From a virus (lineage: Duplodnaviria; Caudoviricetes): a DNA stretch of 41,427 nt. Below the pieces are notes generated by a model. The model was given only the letters and a program-made list of their open reading frames with translations, was not told the DNA's origin and did no database searches. Position numbers and translations under genes: made by a program. Location: IMG/VR virus record IMGVR_UViG_3300037313_000468, positions 1-41,427 of that record. One strand, 5' to 3'. Below are positions 31,517 through 41,349 of this stretch, one piece after another; the first letter of the stretch is position 1; each line of letters opens with the position of its first letter.

Positions 31517-34500
31517 GTGGCAGCCGAGCGGACTGTTTACGTCAAGGTCGGGGCGAAGGTTGAGGGTGCGGTCGCTGGCCTGCGGAAGGTCAAGGCTGGC
31601 GTCGATGACCTGACGAAGGCTGACCTCAAGAAGCCGCAGAAGGCGTTCGACGACCTTTCGACGAAGTCAGCGCTGCTCGGTGGCGCGGTCCTGCTCGGTG
31701 TTGGCAAGGCGGTCTCGTCGTTCGCGGAGTTCGACTCAGCGATGTCCGGTGTGGCCGCGAACTCGGGCGCGACCGGCCGTGAGCTTGACGCACTCCGCCA
31801 GCAGGCCCTCGACCTCGGCGCGGCGACGCAGTTCTCCGCGACAGAGGCCGCGCAGGGCATCAACGAGCTCGCCAAGGCTGGCGTCTCGTCGGCGGAGATC
31901 CTGAACGGTGGCCTCAAGGGCGCCCTCGACCTCGCCGCCGCGGGCCAGATCGGCGTCGCCCAGGCAGCAGAGACCACCGCCTCGGCGCTGAACCAGTTCG
32001 GGCTCAAGGGCGACCGCGCGACGCACGTCGCGGACCTGCTCGCGAACTCGGCGAACGCTGCTCAGGGTGGCGTGGGCGACATGGCCGCAGCGCTCGGGCA
32101 GGCCGGTGTCGCAGCCAATGCGGCCGGCCTGAATATCGACGAGACGACCACGCTCCTCGCGCTTTTCGCGAAGGCCGGCATGACCGGTTCGGACGCCGGC
32201 ACGTCGCTCAAGACGATGCTGCAGCGGCTCGCCGCGCCGACCGACGCCGCAGCCGCGGCGATGGAGTCCCTCGGCATCAGTGCGTACGACGCGCAGGGCA
32301 ACTTCGTCGGCGCTCAGGTGCTGCTCGGGCAGCTGTCGAAGGCTACGTCGACGCTGTCCACCGAGGCGCGCGCTGCGGCGTTCAACACGATCTTCGGCGC
32401 GGACGCGATCCGTGCCGCGTCCATCGCGGCCGACGCGGGCGCTGACGGCTACGCCACAATGACGAAGGAAGTCACGAAGGCGGGCGGTGCGGCTGAGAAC
32501 GCGGCGAAGCTGACGGACAACCTGAAGGGCGACATCGAGCGCCTCGGCGGGTCCATCGAGACCGCCTTCATCAAGGGTGGCTCGTCCGCCAACGATGCGC
32601 TGCGCACCCTGACGCAGGGCCTCGGCGGAATCGTCGACGTCATCGGCAACCTGCCCGGCCCCCTCGTGCTCGCCACGACCGGCCTCGCCGGCCTCGCGCT
32701 CACCATCCCCAAGGGCATCAGCGTCTACCGGGACTTCACGACGAGCCTCGACACCATGGGCCTGTCGATGGAGAAGGTCACGAACAAGGCGCCCCGCCTC
32801 GGGCGGGCGCTTCGCGGCCTCCAGGGGGTCGCGGCCGGACTGACCATCGCCGCTGTCATCGGCGGCATCAGCAACTCCTTCACCGAGCTCGAGAGGGTCG
32901 ACTTCGACCCGCAGAAGATCGCGGACGGCGCGGTCACCCTGGACGACTTCAACAAGAAGATGTTGGAGCTGAACGACCTCGGGCTCCCGGTGGCCACGAC
33001 GCTGAGCGACTTCGGGCAGGTGCTCGAGGCCACGTTCAGCCCCGGCAAGGGCCAGCAGATCGACTCCTTCTTTGCGACGCTGAACAGCAACCTCGGCTTC
33101 GAGAACACCTCGGACGTCGAGGTCGCCCGGCAGCGCTTCGAGCAGATGGACCGGACCCTCACGGCGCTCGTCTCGGGCGGCAAGGGTGACGCTGCGAAGG
33201 CGCTGTTCGACCAGATCACGACCGCCGCCGCCGCCCAAGGGATCAGCGTCGACCAGCTCAAGGCGAAGTTGCCGCAGTATGCGCAGGCTGTCGTCGACGC
33301 TGGCAGCGCCTCGAGCACCGCCGCCCCGCAGATGGGCGAGATCTCCGAGACCGCCAAGGACATCGAGGAGAAGGCCGAGGATGCCCAGAAGGCCCTCGAC
33401 AACCTGAAGACAACCATCGAGGGGTTCGCATCGCCGCTTGCCAGCCAGCGTGCCGCCCAGCGTGATCTGGCCGAGGCGGTGACGGGTGTCTCCGCGGCGC
33501 TCGGGAAGCAGCGTGAGGCGCTCATCAACTCCCGCGAGGCCGAGCTCCGCGCCGGGCAGAAGGGCAAGGAGCTCAGCAAGGCCCAGGTGGCCGCTATCGA
33601 GAAGTGGGCTGACGCCCAGATCAAGGCCACCAAGAAGCTCGACATCAACACCGAGGCCGGTCGCACAAACCAGGCCGCGCTCGACAAGATCCGTGACGCG
33701 ACCCTGAAGGCTGCGACGGCGACCTTCGAACTGACGCACTCGCAGGACCTTGCTGCGAAGGAAGTCACGAAGGGCCGAGAGGCGTTCGTCAAGGCTGCGA
33801 TCCAGCTCGGCCTGACCAAGGACCAGGCGAACGCGCTGGCCGACAGCATGGGCCTCATCCCCAAGGACGTCAAGACGCAGATCGGCCTCTCCGGCGTCGA
33901 GACGACCAACGCCAAACTGGACTCTGTCACGGGCAAGGTCACCGAACTCGGCAATAAGAAGCCGAAGCCCGAGGTCAAGCCCTACATCAACAGCGCCAAC
34001 GCCGCAGCGGTCGAGACACGCCTTGGCCAGCTCGCCCGGCAGCGCAACGCGTTCATCTCGATCAGCGCCGGCCTGACGCCGGCGGCGGCGAGCCTGCTCG
34101 GCGGCATCAGCGCCATCGGCGGCACGGTCATCAAGCGCGCGCAGGGTGGCCCGATCCACGGCATCGGCACGGCGACGAGCGACAGCAACATCGTGCTGGC
34201 GTCGAAGGGTGAGCACATGCTGACGGCGGCTGAGGTTCAGGCCGCTGGCGGGCATGCCGCGATCTTCGCGCTGCGCAAGGCGCTCCTGACTGGCGGCGTC
34301 TCGTTCCGCGCTCAGGGTGGGCCGATCTCGGCGCCCGTGTCGGCGTACCGCTCGGCCCCTGTGTCCGCGCACGGCGGAGGTTGGCGTGGCCCGTCGGCTG
34401 CCGAGATCGGCGCCGCGGTCGCTGCGCAGATGCCGCCGATGTTGAGCGTCCACAGCGGCGACGATGCGCGCAGTGCCGCGCGTGCCGCGATCCGTGACTG

Positions 34501-34522
34501 GGAGTGGGGGCAGACGCAGTGA
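31517..34522 (+). CDS. Tape measure protein
   Basis: 1001 aa, Ala-rich; FDSAMSGV...TQFSATEAAQG...LAKAG TMP domain; C-terminal AQGGPIHG...SDS...SKGEH. Confidence 0.95.
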   Translation: MAAERTVYVKVGAKVEGAVAGLRKVKAGVDDLTKADLKKPQKAFDDLSTKSALLGGAVLLGVGKAVSSFAEFDSAMSGVAANSGATGRELDALRQQALDLGAATQFSATEAAQGINELAKAGVSSAEILNGGLKGALDLAAAGQIGVAQAAETTASALNQFGLKGDRATHVADLLANSANAAQGGVGDMAAALGQAGVAANAAGLNIDETTTLLALFAKAGMTGSDAGTSLKTMLQRLAAPTDAAAAAMESLGISAYDAQGNFVGAQVLLGQLSKATSTLSTEARAAAFNTIFGADAIRAASIAADAGADGYATMTKEVTKAGGAAENAAKLTDNLKGDIERLGGSIETAFIKGGSSANDALRTLTQGLGGIVDVIGNLPGPLVLATTGLAGLALTIPKGISVYRDFTTSLDTMGLSMEKVTNKAPRLGRALRGLQGVAAGLTIAAVIGGISNSFTELERVDFDPQKIADGAVTLDDFNKKMLELNDLGLPVATTLSDFGQVLEATFSPGKGQQIDSFFATLNSNLGFENTSDVEVARQRFEQMDRTLTALVSGGKGDAAKALFDQITTAAAAQGISVDQLKAKLPQYAQAVVDAGSASSTAAPQMGEISETAKDIEEKAEDAQKALDNLKTTIEGFASPLASQRAAQRDLAEAVTGVSAALGKQREALINSREAELRAGQKGKELSKAQVAAIEKWADAQIKATKKLDINTEAGRTNQAALDKIRDATLKAATATFELTHSQDLAAKEVTKGREAFVKAAIQLGLTKDQANALADSMGLIPKDVKTQIGLSGVETTNAKLDSVTGKVTELGNKKPKPEVKPYINSANAAAVETRLGQLARQRNAFISISAGLTPAAASLLGGISAIGGTVIKRAQGGPIHGIGTATSDSNIVLASKGEHMLTAAEVQAAGGHAAIFALRKALLTGGVSFRAQGGPISAPVSAYRSAPVSAHGGGWRGPSAAEIGAAVAAQMPPMLSVHSGDDARSAARAAIRDWEWGQTQ

Positions 34523-35292
34523 GCGACCAGATGCGCTGGGACCTGTTCGGCATCCCCGCGAACGACGACACTGCGACCGACCCTGACGGATGTTCATGGA
34601 CTGTCGCCTCGAGCGACGGATGGGACGCCCCCGACCAGCGGACCAGCCTCGGTGCGCTGACGGGCCGTGATGGCCAGCGCGTGTCGAACATGTACGCCGA
34701 CGGGCGCCCAGTCGTCATCAAGGGCCGCATCTTCGCCCCGGACGACGCGGCGGCCTGGGCGGCGTACGACCGCGCCACGTCAACGATGCCGGGCCTGCGT
34801 GGCGTGGGCGAGATTGTGGCGTACGAGCCAGTGCCGAAGTCGCTGTCGGTGATCCAGGCCGGGCCGCCGCGCGTCAGCAAGCCGACTGGCGGGAACCTCG
34901 TGTACTGGCTGACGCTGGTCGCGGAGTACCCGTGGAAGCGGGCACTGACTGCCACGACGGTCACCGTGGGCGCAGGGGCGACGGTCTCGCACACTGCGAC
35001 TGGATCGGCAGATGGGGCCGAGATTGAAGTCACGCTCACGAGTGGTGGCACCGTCGACCTGACCATCGCCGGTCTTCGTCTGCGCTGGGGTTCGCTGCCT
35101 TCGGGTGCGATCCTCACGTCTGGTCCGGGTTTCGACAACCCTAAGCGCACGGTGCTCGGCCCTGACGGCGCGAACCTCTACGGGCTGATCGTGCAGCCGA
35201 TGCAGTGGCCGGCGATCGTGCCGGGCAGCAACTCGATCCACCAGGCGGGCACGGCGAACCTGTCGATCCGCTACTTCCCGACCTACGCCTAG
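34519..35292 (+). CDS. Distal tail (Dit-like) minor tail protein
   Basis: Follows the TMP with a GTGA overlap; GWD.P...GRDG...WPAIVPGSN pattern. Confidence 0.75.
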   Translation: MSDQMRWDLFGIPANDDTATDPDGCSWTVASSDGWDAPDQRTSLGALTGRDGQRVSNMYADGRPVVIKGRIFAPDDAAAWAAYDRATSTMPGLRGVGEIVAYEPVPKSLSVIQAGPPRVSKPTGGNLVYWLTLVAEYPWKRALTATTVTVGAGATVSHTATGSADGAEIEVTLTSGGTVDLTIAGLRLRWGSLPSGAILTSGPGFDNPKRTVLGPDGANLYGLIVQPMQWPAIVPGSNSIHQAGTANLSIRYFPTYA

Positions 35293-35301
35293 GAGGGCGC
35301 T

Positions 35302-35694
35302 GTGGCATCTGGACCTGGGGTCTCCAAGGCGATTGACGCTCTCGACATGTGGCTCGCGGGCGGTGGCGTGATCCGCATGTGGACGGTCGCGCCGAACTTC
35401 GACGGCACGGGCGGCACGGAGTCGGTCCCTGCGGGCGGGGCGCCGACTGCGACGTTCCAGCCTGCGGTGGCGGGCACGGGCGGGCAGATCGCGAAGGCGA
35501 CGTCGACGGGTGTGGTGACGTTCACGGGCGCCGCTGATGACTCGGCAGACATCGTCGCGCTGTCGGTGCACGATCCTGCGGACGACTCGCTGATCGCGAT
35601 CGATCGGGCGTGGACGGCGCCGGGCGCCGGTTGGGCGTCGGGTGACTCTCCGCAGCTGGCGTACGTGTCCGTGCCGTTCGTGCCGGTGTCCTGA
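35302..35694 (+). CDS. Minor tail protein
   Basis: AGGAGG RBS; G/A/T-rich; in the tail module. Confidence 0.7.
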   Translation: MASGPGVSKAIDALDMWLAGGGVIRMWTVAPNFDGTGGTESVPAGGAPTATFQPAVAGTGGQIAKATSTGVVTFTGAADDSADIVALSVHDPADDSLIAIDRAWTAPGAGWASGDSPQLAYVSVPFVPVS

Positions 35695-35722
35695 CCCACC
35701 CTGACTCGCAAGGAGATTCGCC

Positions 35723-36112
35723 ATGTCGTACACCCTTCCCGATGCTGAGAAGAACTACCTCGCCGACCAGCAGGCCGCGCGCGTCACGTACTTCTCGATC
35801 CACACGGCTGACCCCGGCACGACCGGCGCCAGTGAGGCGACCGGTGGTGGGTATGCCCGTGTGGCGTCGAACTTCAACGCCGCCGGCGCGGCCGGCCCGC
35901 TTGGGTCGACGTTGCAGCCCGCCACTGCGGGCATCGCGTGGGGTTCGATGACGCCGACCGTCGCGGCCGGCACGTACACGCACACGGGCGGGTGGTCGGC
36001 CTCGACAGCCGGCACGTTCCGCGGCGGTGGCTCACTCAGCGCGTCCATCGTCATGGGCACCGCTGGTGCCACCCCCGCGATCTCGATCAAGGTCGGACCG
36101 GGAGTCTCCTGA
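35723..36112 (+). CDS. Minor tail protein
   Basis: SIHTADPGTTGASEATGGGYAR...THTGGWSASTAGTF motif typical of small actinophage tail proteins. Confidence 0.8.
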   Translation: MSYTLPDAEKNYLADQQAARVTYFSIHTADPGTTGASEATGGGYARVASNFNAAGAAGPLGSTLQPATAGIAWGSMTPTVAAGTYTHTGGWSASTAGTFRGGGSLSASIVMGTAGATPAISIKVGPGVS

Positions 36113-36122
36113 AGCTTCCGTC

Positions 36123-36263
36123 TCAGTAGGCGTTCCTGGCCTGCCACTCAAGGGCGCATTCTTGGCGGTCGCACAGCCCAGCGTCGGTGGCGGGCGCGCC
36201 ACACACTGCGCAGAACGCGTAGCGCGCGGCCCACCGGGCACGCAACCAGTTGATCAGATCCAT
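36123..36263 (-). CDS. Antisense small Cys protein (46 aa)
   Basis: MDLINWLRARWAARYAFCAVCGAPATDAGLCDRQECALEWQARNAY; CATACT -10 box 6 nt upstream of the ATG. Confidence 0.55.
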   Translation of the reverse strand: MDLINWLRARWAARYAFCAVCGAPATDAGLCDRQECALEWQARNAY

Positions 36264-36329
36264 CCCCCGAGTATGCCGCCGCTTGCCGCAATGTGACTCG
36301 GAATCGTGACATATGGGAGCGCAGAAGAG

Positions 36330-36545
36330 ATGCCATACACCGCGAAAACTTGGGCCGATGACCCGGCTGGCGGAACCCCGATCATGGCTGCCGACCTGAA
36401 CAACCTGGAGCTGCGCGCCCCGATCCTCGTCTACGCCTCGGGCGCCTACCCGACACGACCGACAGGCGCGGTCTCCGCGCTCTACATCGGCCCGGTCGAG
36501 CCCACGACGTGGCAGGCCAACGATCGCTGGATGGACAACTCCTAA
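36330..36545 (+). CDS. Small tail-fibre-type protein (71 aa)
   Basis: YTAKTWADDPAGGTPIMAADLNNLE resembles tail-fibre N-terminal anchors; TAATG coupling to the next gene. Confidence 0.65.
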   Translation: MPYTAKTWADDPAGGTPIMAADLNNLELRAPILVYASGAYPTRPTGAVSALYIGPVEPTTWQANDRWMDNS

Positions 36546-38251
36546 TGGCGTACAACCTGAGCAGCCTGCGCGGATCGCCATCGTTCGCCGGGGCTGGCAA
36601 GTTCGGCTCCGCGTCGCTCTCGGGCGGCGTGATGAACAACAGCACCGCCGACGCGAATCTCTCGGCGACCGGGGCCAATGGCGGCGCCCTGACCTCCGGA
36701 ACGGTCGAGGCGTGGGTGAAGGCCGCGAACGACGGGTCGATTCGCGTCGCCTTCGGACATGCCCAGTGGTTCTGGGTCGGCAAGGACTCGAGCGGCAACG
36801 CCCAGGCACGATACGGCAGCGCGGTGGGCGAAACCACCCTCTCGTCAACCACCGCAATCGCCGACAATGCCTGGCACCACATCGCTCTCGACCTCAACTC
36901 CGGCGCGGGCAGCCTCTACGTGGACGGGTCGCGCGTGGCAACGTCAGCCACGACCCGCAGCACCGGAACGCCGACCACCGCGGCAGGATTCTGCGTGGGC
37001 GGCTTCGGCGAGTCCGGCGACTCGACGACCGCGTTCGACTGGAACGGCTCAGTCGACGACGTTCGCATCTCGACGACGCGTCGCTACACCGGCACCACTT
37101 ACACGGTACCGACCGCAGCCCACACGGACAGCACCCTCGACACTGCAGCTCGCGCCCTGTACCACCTTGACGGCAACGGCACGGACACGGCTCAGACCGT
37201 CAGCCCGGTGACGATCAACCCCAACGACGCAGGCATTCTCTACTCCCCGTACAACTGGGTCGTAGCGTCCGGGCTGGCCGAGTCGATCAACGCTGGCGCC
37301 TACTTCAAGACCATCATCACCGGGTCCCCGGCCGCCATCTCGCTCTCGTTCAACATGACGAGCGTGAGTTCGCCTGTCCCGCAGATTGCCTACCGAGTCG
37401 ATCAGGGGCCGTGGACTGTCGCGGCTGTCGCCAGCAGCGTGGCCCTCACCATCCCGAGCGGGAACGCCTGGGCGAAGCATTCTCTCGAGGTCGTCGTGAA
37501 GTCCACCACCGAGACCGTGAACCGGTGGAACTCGACACGCAACGCAACGGTGAAGCTCACTGGGATCGTCACAGACTCGATCACCGCGACGGCAGTGAAA
37601 CCAACCGTCCGCGCGCTCCGGCTCCTCGTCTTCGGCGACTCGATCACCGAGGGCGTGCGCACTCTCAACTCCACCGCGTCCAACGACACGGACCGCAACG
37701 ACGCCCAGCAGGGCTGGGCGTGGCAGCTCGCCGAGAGCCTCGGCGCCGAGGTCGGCGTGGTCGGTTTCGGCGGTACCGGCATCAGCACGGCAGGGTCGGG
37801 CAACGTGCCGGCCCTTTCGACGTCATACGCGCTCATGTGGTCCGGCACGTCGCGATCGTTCAGCACCTCACCAGATCTTGTGGTACTCAACATCGGGACG
37901 AACGACGGATCGACGAACACGACAACGGCGATGACGGGCATCCTCAACGGGCTGCTGTCCGCGACGACAGCGCGGATCGTCGTGCTGCGGCCGTTCGGCG
38001 GGACCGCGCAGGCCACATACCTACAGGCGGCCGTCGCAGCCTGTAGCGACCCGAAACGCGTCTCCTACGTGGACACTGCCGGCTGGTGGTCCTCGACGGA
38101 CAGCGCCGACGGTACGCACCCTTACGGCTACGCGAACGTCGAGACGCTCGCGCCACTCGTCGCATCCGCGGCCCGAACCGCACTGGCGCGGGGGGCGACG
38201 TGGATCAATGTGGGAGGCGTCGCGAAGGCCGCTTCCATCATCCGCCGATGA
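36545..38251 (+). CDS. Tail-associated protein with LamG-like and SGNH hydrolase domains
   Basis: LamG-like TVEAWV...DNAWHHIAL...LYVDG...GSVDDVRIS; SGNH blocks FGDSITEG, GFGGTG, NIGTND and DGTHP. Confidence 0.85.
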   Translation: MAYNLSSLRGSPSFAGAGKFGSASLSGGVMNNSTADANLSATGANGGALTSGTVEAWVKAANDGSIRVAFGHAQWFWVGKDSSGNAQARYGSAVGETTLSSTTAIADNAWHHIALDLNSGAGSLYVDGSRVATSATTRSTGTPTTAAGFCVGGFGESGDSTTAFDWNGSVDDVRISTTRRYTGTTYTVPTAAHTDSTLDTAARALYHLDGNGTDTAQTVSPVTINPNDAGILYSPYNWVVASGLAESINAGAYFKTIITGSPAAISLSFNMTSVSSPVPQIAYRVDQGPWTVAAVASSVALTIPSGNAWAKHSLEVVVKSTTETVNRWNSTRNATVKLTGIVTDSITATAVKPTVRALRLLVFGDSITEGVRTLNSTASNDTDRNDAQQGWAWQLAESLGAEVGVVGFGGTGISTAGSGNVPALSTSYALMWSGTSRSFSTSPDLVVLNIGTNDGSTNTTTAMTGILNGLLSATTARIVVLRPFGGTAQATYLQAAVAACSDPKRVSYVDTAGWWSSTDSADGTHPYGYANVETLAPLVASAARTALARGATWINVGGVAKAASIIRR

Positions 38252-38267
38252 CAGCGAGGGCCGCCCG

Positions 38268-40712
38268 ATGACCTACCCCGGAAGCGGCACCTTCCCCGGC
38301 GCGAGCACCTTCCCAGGGGACTCCCCCACGGATCCAATTGTCGGCATCGGCAACCCAGCCGGAGTCGCGGCTACTGCGCACGTTTCCGCTGGCATCGGGA
38401 ATCCCTCCGGATGGTGGTCGTCGGAGGAGCCGGGGGCTGTCCTCGTCGGAATCGGCAACCCTGCGGGCGTGGGCGCGTCTGCGCACGCCCAGACCGAACA
38501 GGGGAACAGCGCCGGTATCGGCGCGGCTCCTCAAGTCGAGACTGGCGTCGGCAACCCTGCGGGATGGTCCTCCGGCGAGCCCGATGACTTGTCGACCGAC
38601 ATCCCTGTCGGCGTCACCATCGAAGTCGGCGCGCTCACCCTGCTCAACCTCGTCACCCTGCCCGGCGTCGACATCCCCCTCGGGCTCGGCGTCGAAACCG
38701 GCGACTCCCAGCCCGTCGTGCCCCTGCCCGGCATCTCCGTCGAGATCGGCTGCACCGTCATCGCGCGCCCCGCCGAGGTTCCCGCGCCGGATCCGCGGCA
38801 GCAGCGCCCGCAGTGGCGCTACGTCGTCACCGACCTCGCGAACACCCCTCTCGGCGAGCTCACGGACCTCGAGCACGATCCCGTCGAGGATGGCATCGGC
38901 GAACCGGCCACGATGAGCCTGACGCTCGCGACCGACTCCGACCAGCACGCGCTCATCAAGCCCATCGAGCGGCAGTGCCAGGTGTGGGACGGTGACACGC
39001 TGCTGCTGCGCGGCCCGATCCTGCCCGGCCAGCCCTCCGACGACGGCACGTCGATGACGTACAAGATCCACGACCCGTCGTGGTTCTGGCGCGACGGCCG
39101 GCGCGTCATCACCCGCACCCCGCAGAAGAACCTCCTGCACAATGGGGACTTCAAGGCGGGCCTGACGTACTGGACCCGCGGCTACGACGCCGACTCGAAG
39201 CCGAAGGCCGCGCCGACCGTGCGCGTCGTGTCCGAGGACTTCGCCGACGACACCGACGGGCTCGACCCGATCAAGGCCGCCGAGATCGTCGGTGTCGAGT
39301 CGGTCACCGAGTCGGAGCTGTCGAGCAGTGCCGTGTTCTGGCCGAACCTCGCCACGTTCCGCCCCGGTGGCAAGGAGGCCATCGAGGCTGTCGCCAACGA
39401 CATGCCCACCACGGCCGGGCTGAAGGTGCTCGTCGTCGGGCACACCGCCAACGACGGCACCGGCAACGGTCTCGCGCTGTCGCTGCGTCGCGCGGACGCC
39501 GCGAAGGCGGTCATCCTGACGAAGCGGCCGAGCGCGGTCATCACGACCAAGGGCGTCGGGTTCTACGACCCGAAGCCCGGCTACCCGATCGACTCGCAGG
39601 AGCAGCGCCGCGTCGTCATCTCCTACGACCAGACCATCACGGGCGAGTCGAAGCAGTGGATGCGGCAGACGATCGAGGTGACCCAGCCGAAGGCGGCCCG
39701 CTACCCGCTGACGCTGACGGCCGCAGCGATGCTGAAGGTCGCCGACGACTGGTCCGTCCCGGACGCCAACATGGTCAGCCTCAAGGTCGTCGCGCGGCGC
39801 AAGTCCGCCCCGACGAAGCCGTGGGACGAGACGTTGGGTGTTGGCTCGTCGAGCATCAGCGACACCGACCCGGTCGACCGGTGGATTCCGCAGACTGCGG
39901 AGGCGACCGTGCCCGCCGATGACCGCGCCTACCTCGTCGACGTCTACCTGTATGCGCCGGCCGCGCTCGCCCGCTACACGGCGGTCGGGCTGTTCCCGGA
40001 CGAGCAGCTGTACTTTTGGGGCGTCGATCAGGCGCTCATTTTCAAGGGCGTCATGGAGCACATCCAGAAGCCGGAGTACGGCTACGCGAATCTCGGTGTC
40101 CTGACCCGCACGCCGGTCACTGGGATCAAGCGGGACCGGGAGTTCGCGTTCCGTGACCTGACTCCCGCCGACACGGCGCTCGACGGGCTCATGGGCATCA
40201 GCCGCGGCCTCGAGTGGGACACCGTCACCACGAAGGACCGGACGACGGCGACGACGTTCTACCCGCGGCAGGGCAAGACCGTCGACTACGTCCTAGTGCA
40301 GGGCGGGAACGTCGCAAAGGCGGTCCCGGCCACGACCCGCGACGTCGGGTCGGCGATCATCGCGCAGGCGCAGGGTCTCGGCTCGTACCGGGCCGTCGCC
40401 TACGCCACGGACGCGCGGGCGTTCGGCGGCACGAAGATACAGCGCGTCGTCACCGCCGAGCAGGACACGCCGCTCAACGAGCTCGGCGAGACGGCGAAGG
40501 CTGAGCTGTTCTGGGCCAAGTCCTCGACGCCCGCCTACTGGGTGGACATCGACCCGGACGCGATCGACGACGTCAAGGCGAACACGGCGAAGGGTGACAC
40601 GGTGCGGCTCATCCTCGACTACCCGACGGCCGTGGACGCACTGGCCCGGATCGTGCGCCGGCAGATCCACCCGGACGGCCTGCGGCTCATGGTCGCATTC
40701 GAGGAGGCGTGA
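38268..40712 (+). CDS. Large minor tail (hub/Tal-like) protein with an internal OmpA-like domain
   Basis: Siphovirus hub-like segments (WRYVVTDL..PLGEL, LLLRGPI, FYPRQG) flank an OmpA_C-like segment at 39333-39626; N-terminal GIGNP repeats. Confidence 0.8.
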   Translation: MTYPGSGTFPGASTFPGDSPTDPIVGIGNPAGVAATAHVSAGIGNPSGWWSSEEPGAVLVGIGNPAGVGASAHAQTEQGNSAGIGAAPQVETGVGNPAGWSSGEPDDLSTDIPVGVTIEVGALTLLNLVTLPGVDIPLGLGVETGDSQPVVPLPGISVEIGCTVIARPAEVPAPDPRQQRPQWRYVVTDLANTPLGELTDLEHDPVEDGIGEPATMSLTLATDSDQHALIKPIERQCQVWDGDTLLLRGPILPGQPSDDGTSMTYKIHDPSWFWRDGRRVITRTPQKNLLHNGDFKAGLTYWTRGYDADSKPKAAPTVRVVSEDFADDTDGLDPIKAAEIVGVESVTESELSSSAVFWPNLATFRPGGKEAIEAVANDMPTTAGLKVLVVGHTANDGTGNGLALSLRRADAAKAVILTKRPSAVITTKGVGFYDPKPGYPIDSQEQRRVVISYDQTITGESKQWMRQTIEVTQPKAARYPLTLTAAAMLKVADDWSVPDANMVSLKVVARRKSAPTKPWDETLGVGSSSISDTDPVDRWIPQTAEATVPADDRAYLVDVYLYAPAALARYTAVGLFPDEQLYFWGVDQALIFKGVMEHIQKPEYGYANLGVLTRTPVTGIKRDREFAFRDLTPADTALDGLMGISRGLEWDTVTTKDRTTATTFYPRQGKTVDYVLVQGGNVAKAVPATTRDVGSAIIAQAQGLGSYRAVAYATDARAFGGTKIQRVVTAEQDTPLNELGETAKAELFWAKSSTPAYWVDIDPDAIDDVKANTAKGDTVRLILDYPTAVDALARIVRRQIHPDGLRLMVAFEEA

Positions 40713-40713
40713 C

Positions 40714-41349
40714 GTGGGCACCCTGAATCCCCGCCCGCGTGGCGGCGCGTCGCTGAGTGGCGAGCTGCGCGCGAGCAGGGATGACCGGCAGCAGATCCGG
40801 CGCCTGCTCTCGACACAGCCGAAGCCGAAGGCTGCCACTGTCGTCTCCTCCGGCGGCATCGTTGGCATGGCGCAGGTCGTCAGCACCTCCGGCTCGGTGG
40901 TGTGGTCAGCCGCGTCGTCGATCATGTCAAAGGCTGGCGTCACATATGCGGCTCCGACAGACCCATACGCTGGATCGCCCGGCGCGGCGGTAGTGCCGGT
41001 TTCCTCGTGGGTGACGGTCTCCGGCTATCAGCTGGCACTGACCCCCGGCTGGTACAACCTCGCCATGTCGATCCGCATCGAGTGGTCGAGCCAGGCCGGT
41101 GCCCCGCTGTCGTTGAGCGCCTACGCTCAGGGCGGCTGGGATGCCGCGCACAATGACCGCAGCGAGTTCGCGCTGGCACAGATCGGCAGCGCCAGCACGC
41201 CACGCTGGGGCCTCGCTCAGGTCGTCAGCAACGGGCCTACGTTCATCAACGAGGGCGACCTCGTGTGGGCTGAGAGTCACTCCCCCACGTCAGCCGCGGC
41301 CGCGAACGTCTCCGGGTCGATCGTGTGGGACATCACGAAGCTCGGATAG
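40714..41349 (+). CDS. Minor tail protein
   Basis: GAGGAGG RBS before GTG; short N-terminal helical segment then a beta-rich domain; last gene of the tail module. Confidence 0.7.
   Translation: MGTLNPRPRGGASLSGELRASRDDRQQIRRLLSTQPKPKAATVVSSGGIVGMAQVVSTSGSVVWSAASSIMSKAGVTYAAPTDPYAGSPGAAVVPVSSWVTVSGYQLALTPGWYNLAMSIRIEWSSQAGAPLSLSAYAQGGWDAAHNDRSEFALAQIGSASTPRWGLAQVVSNGPTFINEGDLVWAESHSPTSAAAANVSGSIVWDITKLG

Noticed and set aside
31736-34597. 953-aa antisense ORF (and similar long reverse ORFs such as 38238-40061, 12213-13742 and 1680-2888)
   Set aside because: Shadow ORFs produced by high GC3 codon bias in the sense genes; no motifs or RBS.
36545-41349. Diversity-generating retroelement or invertible tail-fibre system
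   Set aside because: No reverse transcriptase, invertase or template/variable repeat pair was seen by eye.
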